A stretch of 17,768 nucleotides of DNA from Ginkgo biloba (lineage: Eukaryota; Plantae; Ginkgophyta). The position numbers were made by a program, and so were the translations under genes. The stretch is from NCBI GenBank assembly GCA_024626585.2, contig JANKJI020000004.1, positions 161,605,648 to 161,623,415 on the forward strand, read 5' to 3'. The first letter of the stretch is position 1, and every line of letters starts with the position of its first letter. The notes beneath the pieces are model-generated. The model was given only the letters and a program-made list of their open reading frames with translations, had not been told where the DNA came from and ran no database searches. Of the stretch, positions 1 through 11,150 are shown in pieces.

Positions 1-1014
1 TTCAAACATTTGGCATCATTGCCTGTGTTCAAATTTGGAGCTACATGAGTGATGCATCCTAGCTAGGTGATAACAACAGTAGGATACAATGGTATGGGAG
101 AAAATAAAATAGATGTAGACCTTTGTAAGTTATTTTTCCAAGGGATCTGACATAATTTCCTATCAAAAGCAGAGTTATGTGCAACAGGGAGATGCTTGGA
201 AGCTATCGAATGAACTCTACAAGGTTGAACAAGCTAGAATTGTTCAGATGAGTTATCCCATAGATCCTCCAGTGTTGGTTAAAGGATTTAACAACCCACC
301 ACCATTCATGATCATGAGATGGTTGTCAAAATTAGAGACTCTCTGTTGGAGGAATGTTGTTCATATATTAGAGAACTTTATTGGTAAATCTATGCATACA
401 TATCAAAGGTTCATGTTGGAGGAGGAGAATTCAGTGGCGCAGGTCCAGTGTATATATTTTTAAATGATGATTCTATTTTTTTTTTCGACAAGCTAAGTCC
501 CTTCCATCAGTTTCTTCCAAACTAACATACTATCGGTTTCACTGGTCTGTTGAGAGCCGATGGCATCAGAGGTATGGGTTCATTTTGAATCATTTCACCT
601 ACATCTATCATTGGAGGAGTTATGTGCACTATTGGAGGGTTGTTCATTACCGTCAAATAAAGATCTTACAACCATTAGAGGAGCATGTGCTAGCACAGTG
701 GAGCAATTGCATGAGTAGTAAAGGAGTTTCTTGTCAGTTTTATTCAAAGAAACATCAATCAGAGAATCGGGTGATGATATTCATAGTTGTCTTGTATGTT
801 GGAGATAGTTTGGTATGGGAAGGGCATAATTCTCTTGCATGTCGGAGGACTGAATGTCTCACGTCGAAAGATTTTAATTTGTCGGTGATATTTACACATC
901 GAAGAAAAGTATTATGTTGGACAGGTGTGGATCATCGATTATTGGAGAATGGATCTTATCGGATGTATGAGGATATTATGTCAGATATCAAAGGACTATT
1001 CACATCGGGTGTCG
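1..1014 (+). mobile_element. Possible decayed Ty1/copia-like coding remnant
   Basis: IFIVVLYVGDSL (~777-812) resembles the copia RT motif IVxLYVDDL. The rest has many stops and no other clear motif. Confidence 0.25.
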
Positions 1015-1114
1015 NNNNNNNNNNNNNNNNNNNNNNNNNNNNNNNNNNNNNNNNNNNNNNNNNNNNNNNNNNNNNNNNNNNNNNNNNNNNNNNNNNNNNN
1101 NNNNNNNNNNNNNN

Positions 1115-2170
1115 TGTGGTAGATTATACAGTTTGCATGCATGATCATATGCATACATGTGATTTTTCAGCGGTTGCATGCATGCTTGTTTGGAGATGCA
1201 TCCATGGCTCATAGGCATACATGCATGCTTTTTTGGCTGCATGCATGCACATTCAAGTATTCTTTTATGGACGTGAAGGAGTTGAATGAGTTTGGTCAAA
1301 TGCATGTAGTCAACTTGAGTCAACATGTGACAAGCGGCATGGAAAGTAGGGTTCTCATCCCAAGAAGGCCTGGTTGCATGCATGCATAGTTAAGTCATTG
1401 TTCTGATTTAGACATGTGATGTAAAAAGCAATAAATGTTATTTTGATGTAATTCAGGAATTGGAGTTTGTCCTATTTCGAAAAATGGATTGTAAACCCTA
1501 GTTTGGGCGTTGTGTTTTCTCCAGTTTGAGCATGTGCTTAATATGCCCTAAAGAGGGCGCATAGAATATTCCTTCTAAATTGTCCTGAATCTATCCTTAA
1601 GTGATACAAATTTAGTCTCCCTCTAAATTCGGGATTTTCTGTTATTAGGTCATGTTCAGTCCTATAAAATAATGCACCCTCCTCCTCTCTCTCTTTCTTC
1701 TCTTGAATTGATGGCAGTTTTGGGCATTGGAATCTGTGCTAAGTTTTTGTCTTGACGAGAATCAATCTTTGTGGTAGCAATTAGGAAAGCCTCTATCGTT
1801 GCTTTGAGGTCCTTAGCAAACATATGTGGGAGTAACTGATATTATTGGATCCAAACCAACTAAAGCAACTATAGGGACTACTGGAATTGGATCAACTAGT
1901 GGTGTGGGAGTAACTATGGGTTAGTGTGGGACTTGTCTACATTCTTCAAGGTTGGCTATGGAGATGCTCTACCTCTTATATTAAATTATTAGAATCTGAG
2001 TTGTCATTCTACTTCAAAGGTAACTCCTTCTCCTCCTTTATGGGTTTAGTATCTTATTCATTATCTTCTATATCCTATGTGATAGCAAGTTGCTTCCCTT
2101 TTCGACCATTATGTGCAATGGTTGCATATGGTTTTCATTGTAGAATTGATGGAATTCTTTCCTAAATTGA
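1115..2170 (+). mobile_element. LTR-like non-coding segment (boundaries uncertain)
   Basis: U3-like repetitive block, cctataaaat TATA (1661-1670) followed by a CT-rich tract (1678-1703), duplicated tgtgggagtaact (~1825 and ~1904). Starts with tgtggtagat, as does the segment at 10007. Confidence 0.35.
1136..1386. repeat. Cluster of CATGCATG (RY) motifs
   Basis: Perfect CATGCATG at 1136, 1177, 1220, 1240 and 1377, plus several partial copies. Confidence 0.9.
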
Positions 2171-2519
2171 ATCTGAGGAAACACCAATTGTATCATAATA
2201 AAAGCCTATTAGATTATATCATTGGGTTGTCGTACCCTACTAGGTGGGTTTTGCAACTGGGTACACAACCCAAATTAGGTTTGGGGTCAAAACCATTGTA
2301 ATAGAATTAAAAATTATTAGATTAATAAAATAGCAGATTCAACACAATCGCATCCACACGTGAATCATGAACGTGAATTTTCAAAATGTTGAATTGGCTC
2401 CTACACTTGTAGATCTTAGTAGCCTTGCCATAAGATATAATGTCAAATTGAACCCATAGGAAGATTCACCAACATAGTATCAAATGCTTTATGTAGCTTG
2501 GTTGATAAGAATTTACATT

Positions 2520-4000
2520 AGTTGTATCTCTTCCCCTTCGTAAGTCCTTGTAAGTACACNNNNNNNNNNNNNNNNNNNNNNNNNNNNNNNNNNNNNNNNN
2601 NNNNNNNNNNNNNNNNNNNNNNNNNNNNNNNNNNNNNNNNNNNNNNNNNNNNNNNNNNNAATTTGCATGAACTGATGCTCATTTAAGAAGGTGGTACTTG
2701 GTACCTTGAGTAGGGGTTGACTTGTCTATTGGTGATACTCTTCCTTTCATAAGTCCCATGTGGTAATATAGGGTAACAACCTATATTTTTTCTTGAATCC
2801 TTAGCACTTGATTTTAGTTTTTTTAAGATCTAATAATAACTAAATAGGGGGATTACTTCCTCGATAGTACTATATATTGAATCCTTGAGGCACCTTTATT
2901 ATAGTAAATTCAATTATATATAACCTACCCTACCATTCAATTAACATCGTGGTGTATAATTCCTTAAATTGTAATATTTATCATTAGTCATACTTATAAA
3001 AAGACCTACCTCCTGGGTTTTGCCCATAGAGCTAGGAGGAATATATTTTAACATTACTAATAAAATTAACAATTTATGGAAATTATCTTCCATAAATCAA
3101 CTTCATGAAGTGATTGCTAACTACATATACAAAGCCATGGAGAATTGCATAATGTTAATTAAACCATGTCAATCATTTAATAATGTCTTTTATGTTAAAG
3201 AACATTTTGAATAATATTATCAAGTTCATTGACTCCATGCTTCATTGTTTGAGATGATTACTATGCATCCTTCTTTCGTCTTTATAGGAACTTCAAAACT
3301 AAATTGTAAAGCAATAATAATTTAATAATATACAAAGTTGATAATGGAACCAAACAATCTACCTTTTTCTATTTAATGATTTTAAGGTTGAATTATCATA
3401 ATGAGAGGTGGGCAACATTCCTGAGGATAGAGGAAAAAGGAGATCGAGTAGACTAGGCAGAAAGGGCATAGTCAAGTGAAAGAAAACACCTATAAGCTTA
3501 TGATTTCCAGCTCTAAAACCTTTTCTTTGGGATCAAATTAGAGAAATAAGTGGGCTATATGTATCTATAGTATACTTTGAATGTCCTTGGGCAATATTAA
3601 ATTTTTCTTTTGTTCACAATAGTTCTCCCTGATCCCATTTTCCTATCCATTCCAAGGTAGCATTAATGGTTATTTCAACATTAGAAAAATATTATTATGT
3701 TGATAATACAAGGGCCATGAGTTTCCACCCCTTTATTAATGTCATGTTATTCTCTTTTCATGACCTCTCATTCTCTTTTCACTCCAAATCAACCAAGTAT
3801 CCCTCAAAAGTCTCCTCCTTCTCTCTTCCTTGTTCAACTGCATGAAATCTTTTAGCATTCTCATAAATAACTCTTATTATATTTTCTAATGTTGGTCCAG
3901 ATACTAAGGAATATAATACCACTAAATTGATGTCCAATATATTTTTACACTAGGATACTTGGCATACATCTGTTAATAATGATGAATTTGAATTATTCAC
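2520..4000 (-). mobile_element. Heavily decayed Ty3/gypsy pol remnant (RNase H to integrase, possible chromodomain and PPT)
   Basis: Colinear, frameshifted traces on the minus strand: FIIITD (~3970-3990), ETH zinc-finger start (~3715-3730), HPQTDG-like (~3240-3260), LIYGR (~3085-3100), VGxVxYxLEL-like (~2905-2935), QVLR...TWD (~2755-2815), purine tract gaaggggaagaga (~2527-2539). Every motif is degenerate. Confidence 0.45.
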
Positions 4001-4379
4001 CAATGATCAAAATCTATAATCTTCAAGATGATCCTTAAGACCAGTGAGATCTGTAATAAGAAGTCTTGTTGAATTTTCATTCTCAAGTCTTTCTCGTAGA
4101 GAACCTTCAAGAAAGGTGTCCATATTGTAATTGGCTGTTAATTGCGTGGCTGAAGATGTTGTTTCTTCATCCGAATCTGTGGTAACTGACAACGATGGAC
4201 TGCTTCCACAAGAAGCCTCACTAGGAGTCGCTAGAACAGTGATTGGAGAAGTAAATCCAATAGTATGTTTTTGCTTTTTTGGAGTTGTGCTTATAACAAT
4301 TTGTTCATAGGTTCGTAAAGAATTTTTAATTTTGCACAAATCTAAGGAGTGAGCTAGCTCATTTTTACAAGAGAACATG

Positions 4380-5340
4380 CTCTATGTATTGCTCCATGTG
4401 CTTCCACCTTTGGGAATGGAAGAATACACATATTGATTAGGGATATGGCAATATTTCTTAGAGAATAATGATGATCGTATTCCATATCCAACCTTGACAG
4501 TGCTTGATCCTTTGTCACAAACATCAGTATGTATATCCTATGAACTACTGGAATATGTTGTCGTGCCTTCCATCTGGCCACCTTCAATATAGTAGAGAAA
4601 CCTTAGTTTCCACATGTTTGATCCATAGCTTGCATACCAAATATAAGTGCTGGGAAGGACCGATCCCCAAATATCAGCATTCTTGTCTCTCATTGTCGAG
4701 ACTATGGTTGAGTTGTCCGAGCCTTGAGCACCTGCAGCCAATGTATTTGCTTCTTCGGTCATTTTGACGCAAAGCTCCCTCTTCAACTGCTGAAACTGCT
4801 GGGCATCATCAGTGTGATCATTGTATTGGTTTATGGCATTGATAATAATATGTTTCCCTTGTGTAGGAAGGTTTTTTTCTCTGATCCTGCTTGTGCAATG
4901 ATGATGTGATTGCCACGGAGTACGCACCTCACCCTCTCATAATGCTATTCTATCTGCATCTCAAGGAATCATTCTCAACACTTCTGGGCAAAACTGGACT
5001 GATGAAGTGCATTCATAGCCTAGTACGAATAAAATCAGGGCTTTAATAGTCTCAGTTTAGACCCTAGGCAGACTATGACTTGCCACTTCTGGGTTGAGTT
5101 GGATGTTAAGTCAGTACTTTGCAACTGAAATAGGGCCTCCTTGGCTGAGTGGCTGGAATTACTCTAGATATCCTTGAGCCAATCACTTATCTCTCCTGTT
5201 TCTTGTCCATTCTCCTTGAAAAGTGTATTATTCTGGCTTGGGCTGCGACAATTCTCTAGATACACTTGTAATGCATTCTAAGATTGTCTAAAATTCTTCC
5301 TTGGTAAGGAGTCAACCTCAGCCTCCAAAAGGAAACCACT
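4380..5340 (-). pseudogene. Pseudogene or gene fragment with the HDA5 C-terminal (GGCT-like) domain
   Basis: IWGSVLPSTYIWYASYGSNMWKLRFLYYIEGGQMEG (WYASYGSNMW at 4610-4639) matches the plant HDA5 C-terminal motif WRSELSKxDIWYASFGSNMWKPRFLCYIEGGQVEG. Premature TAG at 4538-4540, then loss of the next conserved block. Upstream coding-like frame to about 5340 with TAG stops (5164-5166, 5278-5280) and a frameshift. Outer boundaries are approximate. Confidence 0.8.
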
Positions 5341-6237
5341 ATGTCACTAATGTGCCAAAAGTAGGCAACACTTCAATAGAGAATATTTTATATTTGAAGA
5401 TGCCTAGGATACGCTGTTAGTTTGTAGTCTTCTTTTCATTTTTGAGCTGCCCTTCCAGCAGTTTATGGCTGCCTTGTCTCATGGGAGAGTATTTAGATTT
5501 TATATGGACAATACACAGCTGCTACTTTTGTAGGTATGATTCTAATCCCCATCTTGTGGCATTTATAGGCATGTGTGGTTTCAATTATTATCATGTTACA
5601 AACTATTATAAATTGCATACATGATATTGTTGCTCGTGTAAATTCTAAAATGCCTTAGTCTTCCCTTCCTTTTCACACATACTCATTTGTCATAATTATG
5701 GCCATTCTCATACATGTGATGTGTTTTTGGAAATATTCTTCTCGACTCGTACAGGCTGACATATAAATGCGGGCTTCTTCCTAAGGGTATGAGGATTTAT
5801 ATTTTAACCTCTACCCATCATGAAAAGGAGAATACTGACAAAGGCACCTTCATGTCTTTGTATCTTATCCTTGTGAAGTACCTTTGGGTTTTATAGAAGT
5901 TCAATTTTAATACAACTGTTTACATTTGTTGCATATCACTTCTGGATTTTAAGCAAGGAAATTGGCTGGCTGACTGAAGTCATTCTTACATTTTTTTTTG
6001 TCTTTGTTTTTTGTGGCATTGCTTTTTGACAATTTTTGTTTCTTGTAACAATGGACTGTTGATTGTGCTTCTTATTTCAGGACAGTACTACAAAAAAAAC
6101 ATTATTGGATGGCATATGCTGTGGTTTCTCTTGTAGTTTTAATAGCCCTTTTTAAGTTTTTGTTCCTCAATGGAGAATGCATTTTGTGTGGAGATGAGCT
6201 GATACATTTTCTCACATTTTTACTATTTTTCTTTCAG

Positions 6238-6314
6238 CAAATGGCGCAAGAGGAGAGAGAGAAGCACCAAACCACAGTAGAAAATGTACCTTTGCCACTT
6301 AGTGTTAGCCATAG
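6238..6314 (+). CDS. RanBPM: RanBPM-like gene, internal exon (linker between SPRY and LisH)
   Basis: Polypyrimidine tract and ttcag acceptor; encodes QMAQEEREKHQTTVENVPLPLSVSH(R); ends ag|gtatgg (phase 2). Matches in length and pattern the plant RanBPM segment xYEAxERxKQQxxIEKISxPPNIxYG that precedes LisH. Confidence 0.8.
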
Positions 6315-9300
6315 GTATGGCTCTGATTATTAGTGCAGATTAATTCTTTGCGTTGGTCATAAGAGGCTGTTTAATGTTCTGTGCTGAAATTTAGGCTTGC
6401 ATGCAAGGTTGGCTAGGTGTCTATTTTTAATGTGGATCTAGGTTGGATATGAGTATCTTTGCGTATGCCCTTTCCTGTTTTCGCCTTTTCTGCTTTTTGT
6501 TTGTTTAGCAATATAAAAGATCAATAAGATCTCAATGCCTTTTTCAAAGAACGTTTTATTGATCTTCTGGGCAAGTTGCCGATAATCTGGGATTTCTTTT
6601 TCCGTTTTTGTTGTAATAGTTAAAAATTAAGTTCCATATCAGTGAAGATTCCTCATATAAATATCCTTCTTGCCTTAACAAAGGTGCAAGCTTTAGATGC
6701 TTCTGTTTCATTTATTTAGTCAATCAATGTGATTAACTGGAAAAACTGATCAACTGTTTATTGCTACAACTTGGATTAACCCTGCCTACCCTCAAAACTC
6801 TACTTTGTAGTTTATTACAAGTTATGGTAAACATGTGAGATCCATAGTAGACGAGGTTAATCTACCTGTCATTATTCAGTTGCTATTATTAATATTCAGT
6901 CCTAGCGTCAAAAAACATGGCAATAGGGAGGACGCATCTCGATAAGGACAGATTGAAAATACACAATAAATATTTGAAATTTATAGGTTCTTCTCCCTGT
7001 CAGCCATTAGTTGACCTATTGGTAGTACTGAATATCAATGTATTAGCTGCTGCCGACAATATTAAAATTCGTAAATAAAAAATGAGGATCATGGGATGAA
7101 ACCTGCCAAGGGTGAAGAAGTGGAAGGTCCAGGAAGAATGCTAATCATGCAAGCCTTTAAGGACACCATTCATGTAGCCAGGGAACATGTTATACCAATT
7201 TCCTTGGTAGCTCTGACCCCTCCGAGGCACTGGGAGTAAAGATGTGGAATATCGAGGTGGGTGGTGCCAAACAAGAGTAAAGATGAGAAAGCAGGAAAGA
7301 AACAAAGAAATTGTAATAATTTCGCCGAATGATCAAAAACTGGTAATTGGGAGTGGAATTAACATTATGTATAATATTCTTAAGGGAGTGTGCAAAGCGA
7401 CTTCAACATATCTAAATGTAAAAAATAAAACAAACATAAGTACACATGATGTATTAGAGTTATGGGGTGCAGGTATAACTGTGAGACAATAATTAAAAGC
7501 AGCTGTAAAGCATAAAGAGGTCATCCTCAGTAAAGCATCACAAGGCTTTCTCTCTATCCACTACTATATATTGCCCCCTTTCCACATATGTCATTTGGTG
7601 AGAGATCTGCTGCAATGGAACTCTGCTGCATGACACTGGGGGACTCTCTAGAGGATTTAACTTTGGAGAGGCTAGATGCTTTCCCTTGGTCTGAAACATT
7701 TACGTACATTACTATAGTCCCATTGACCACGTCATGGTTACTAATTGTTGTGCCTCAAGACACAACCTAGTCCTTAAACAGGAGTTCAGACATGAATTCC
7801 TAAATTTAAGGGTAAAAGGAGCCTAAATTTAACCTAAGTTAACATTAAAAGAAAGCTAATAGTCAAGTGCCTAAGTTCTTTAAGCTAAAAGGCGTGGAAA
7901 GAGCTAAAAGACACCTCTTATCTATAAGAGACATGACTCTAGAAGTAAGGCGCCTATGTTTAAGCTATAAAAGGNNNNNNNNNNNNNNNNNNNNNNNNNN
8001 NNNNNNNNNNNNNNNNNNNNNNNNNNNNNNNNNNNNNNNNNNNNNNNNNNNNNNNNNNNNNNNNNNNNNNNNNNAGACAAGAAACATCCTGCGGTCGTAC
8101 CTGATTTGAGTACAGTCAGGGTATGACAAGGAAACATTTCCCAGCTATACTTGAGCTGTATCTACTTTTGGGATGGATTAGATATGGAGTTGGGACCCCT
8201 GGGGGCATTTCTTGGTAACTTAGTAATAATCACAATCTGTAGGGAAAATACATGGAGATTGTTAGGGGACGTCAAATAAAAATCACAATCATTGTAGACC
8301 AAGACTCCACATGATGATTATCCCAAATAACAGAAGCAGACCCCTTATAGACTTAGGGATCCCACTCTCCTCATCACATACATATCTCTGATAATTACTG
8401 CTAAGAGTACATTTCTCAGTTATGTGAATCTGCATTACAACAAGATGAATAGTAACTCATTGCTAATATCTCTAACCATATCATGCTTTTATTTTCACAG
8501 GCAAGTACTTCAACTAGATGAGAACTATGGTATGAAGTAAGCTTAACTTTTGATCTAATTTTAACTTATCATAAATATCAATGCAGTCTTTGTGCAAGGA
8601 GGTGATGACCAGGAAGCTGCTTCAGTGTGGGTGGAACCAACATGCACACCCATTCTTAACAACTAAGTAGGAGAATTGGAATGCATTGTTCAAAGTTAAA
8701 GTCATCTCTTGACCAAAGAGCATGGCGTTTACTCAATAATTTAAGGCATTACAAAACAGTGCACGTCAAAGATGCTTCTATATAATTTTACTTGCTTGGT
8801 TATAATGTTATAATGCATTGCTTGTGCTCTTCTGTTACAGGTCAAATGGAATCCTGATTTATTAAGCTAGGAGATTCTGCTGATACTACATGTGAATTAA
8901 ACCCATGTCCTTGTGGATGCAACTGATAAATTGTATTTCATAAGCAGTCCAATCTCACTGTCTCTGTGTGAATCACAGTTTATAATATACATTCTGTAAA
9001 CTATTAGTTATAGTCTGGAAGAGGTGCCAATCAGCCTTTTGTGGTTTATTTCTGCTTGCTGTATCATTTGTTACATCCTGGTCATTGTTAATCATGCGTC
9101 AAAGATTTTGAATTAATTGTTGCTAAATGAATTGCAAGACTAAGCATACTTGTTATCCTTGGGTTTTCTATGTTATAATGTACCGATCATCAAAAATAGT
9201 TTACTATTAAGAGAAGTTGATTCTGTATCAGTGAAATAAACCAGAATAGATAGTAACGCCATTTTGCATTAACAAGTATATGATGAGTGTTCTCTGGCTT

Positions 9301-9503
9301 GGTCTTTTTGTGCTCTCTGATATCTATTGCAATCCATATTATATGTTTTAAATGTTTTTCTCCTTAGGTTACCACAATGTTAATCTATATATCTATGGAT
9401 AGCAAAGGAAGATAAGATCATTAAGTTGTGTTTTTTGGAACAATGTTTCCATGCAAGTCGGTATTCTAATCTGGATTTTTATTTTGAATAAATTCTTGTG
9501 CAG

Positions 9504-9563
9504 GACGACACATCAACCATTTGCTTTCTTCTTCATTGTCAAAAGTTTATTGAACTTGTTACG
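9504..9563 (+). CDS. RanBPM: RanBPM-like gene, internal exon (CTLH motif)
   Basis: tgcag|GAC...ACG|gtgatg; 60 nt encoding DDTSTICFLLHCQKFIELVT, the CTLH signature (FLLHCQKFIELVR in plant RanBPM). Confidence 0.93.
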
Positions 9564-10006
9564 GTGATGCTCTTTCTGCTCCCATTATCCACTTACAAGT
9601 GAGAGAAAATAACCATTGTTTGAAAAGATTCTCACTGGACTCTTTTCCTTCTTATTGATGTATTTTCTTTTGGATATGGATGAAGTCTTTCACTTTTTTG
9701 GGTGGGTGCACAGTGTAGGTAGAGAGAAGGGTGAAAAGATTCACATGAGATACTTCTTTATTGATAGCCAACTTTTCAGCATTGCTTTTAAAATATTTTT
9801 GTTCAAAGCACTTACTTACCTGATCTATATTTGTTTCAGTGTGTTTTTGTTGCTGATTCATGCTTTCACTCAATGGTAAAGTCAGTTTTTGTTGAGACAT
9901 ATGTCCCTTGGTTTGATGTCTGGATTACAGTTTGGCTGCAAATTGCCCTTCGAATTTTTTGTAAGTGTTGCCACTAGGTTCCTTTTGTAGGATAACTACA
10001 AATTCA

Positions 10007-10981
10007 TGTGGTAGATACATTGCACAAAACTTAAAATGGATGGAGATAGATTTTTGTAGAATATGGGGAATAAAAAATAAAACTTATAAAATTTAAGATA
10101 CAAAGAGAAACAAAAACAAGTTAGGATAGGAAATGTAATAAGCTAGTGAGGGAAACATGAAGAAGTGGGGGGAAATGAAAGGTATTAATATGAAGTCAGA
10201 TTAGGGTTAGGGTGGGCTAGATTTGGGCCTATTGTTTTCTCTGCAGTATTTAGGATGGAAATGGGTCATATCAAAGTTTCTTCCAACTTGGGTAGCCTAT
10301 CTGTGTGGGAATAGGGTTAAATTATAAAGTAATGGTCTTAAACATTCAATGTATTGCATTCCATGGCTGCATTATTTGGCATGACTAGATGCAAATTGGA
10401 CTAGCAAGTGTAAAAAGTACATAGTCATTTGATTTTTGAGTAAGGCAATTGATTTTTGTAATGCTTTTGGGATAAAGTCAATGTAAAGAATATTCATCTC
10501 AAAGATTAAGAAAGGGAATATTTTTGATTAAGAATAGTCAGGAAATTTTGCCTATATAAGTCTTGTATTTGTAAATATTCACCACAGGTAAGAGCATTTA
10601 GTTGATGAAAGTTTGGTTGTGATAAGCGAGTTGTATGATAGAGCTCTCTATGGTCTATTGTAGATAGTGATTTATTGAATTAATAAAATGAAGTTCAATC
10701 ATGAGTTGTGTAGAGTGTTGATTGTAGTGGTTATTGAATATCTGATGTGAATGTTGATTGTTAATTGTGTTGATGCCGAATAATTGGTATGGTTATTAGT
10801 TTTCAATTAGCTATTATCTGTGTGCAGAATAGTAATTAAACACTGGTTCCATTGCTAAAAAGAGAGCACGTCGAGGTCATACAGGGTTTGCAGATTCGAT
10901 CTTTAAAATTTTTATAGTCTAGAGGTTTGTAAGATTTAGAGATTGATGAATTTTGACAAGTCTTTGTAAAGTGTTTCCACA
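10007..10981 (+). mobile_element. Possible old solo LTR or composite TE remnant
   Basis: TGTGG...CCACA candidate termini, cctatataag TATA (10551-10560), downstream aataaa (~10682) and a GT-rich U5-like tract. No matching TSD found. Confidence 0.3.
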
Positions 10982-11150
10982 ATATTGGTGTTTAGCCTCC
11001 AATTTGCAAAGATTATTAAGATTTTGACAAATTTTTAAAGATTTAGTAGANNNNNNNNNNNNNNNNNNNNNNNNNNNNNNNNNNNNNNNNNNNNNNNNNN
11101 NNNNNNNNNNNNNNNNNNNNNNNNNNNNNNNNNNNNNNNNNNNNNNNNNN

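Noticed and set aside
179-1389. ORFs 179-463, 585-1214, 925-1122, 1000-1383 and 1141-1389
   Set aside because: No recognisable domain beyond one degenerate RT-like motif; several are open only because they cross N-gaps; the H/A/C/M-rich translations come from CATG repeats.
6109-6237. Apparent signal peptide or TM segment at the start of ORF 6109-6333
   Set aside because: It is T-rich intron and polypyrimidine tract read in frame with the real exon at 6238.
6517-6566. 11-bp inverted repeat aagatcaataa/ttattgatctt
   Set aside because: Short and AT-rich, with no TSD or extended pairing; compatible with chance or a tiny footprint.
7790-7974. Repeated agctaa/aaaagg/gcct motifs suggesting a MITE or hAT end
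   Set aside because: Cut by the gap; no TIR pair or TSD can be shown.
8311-8391. Box C (ATGATGA) ... box D (CTGA) snoRNA-like spacing
   Set aside because: No terminal stem and no recognisable rRNA-complementary guide. A similar pair at 9280-9320 is too short.
9616-9900. Overlapping ORFs 9616-9879 (+) and 9652-9900 (-)
   Set aside because: T-rich intron sequence right after the 9563 donor; F/L-rich and K/N-rich translations reflect base composition.
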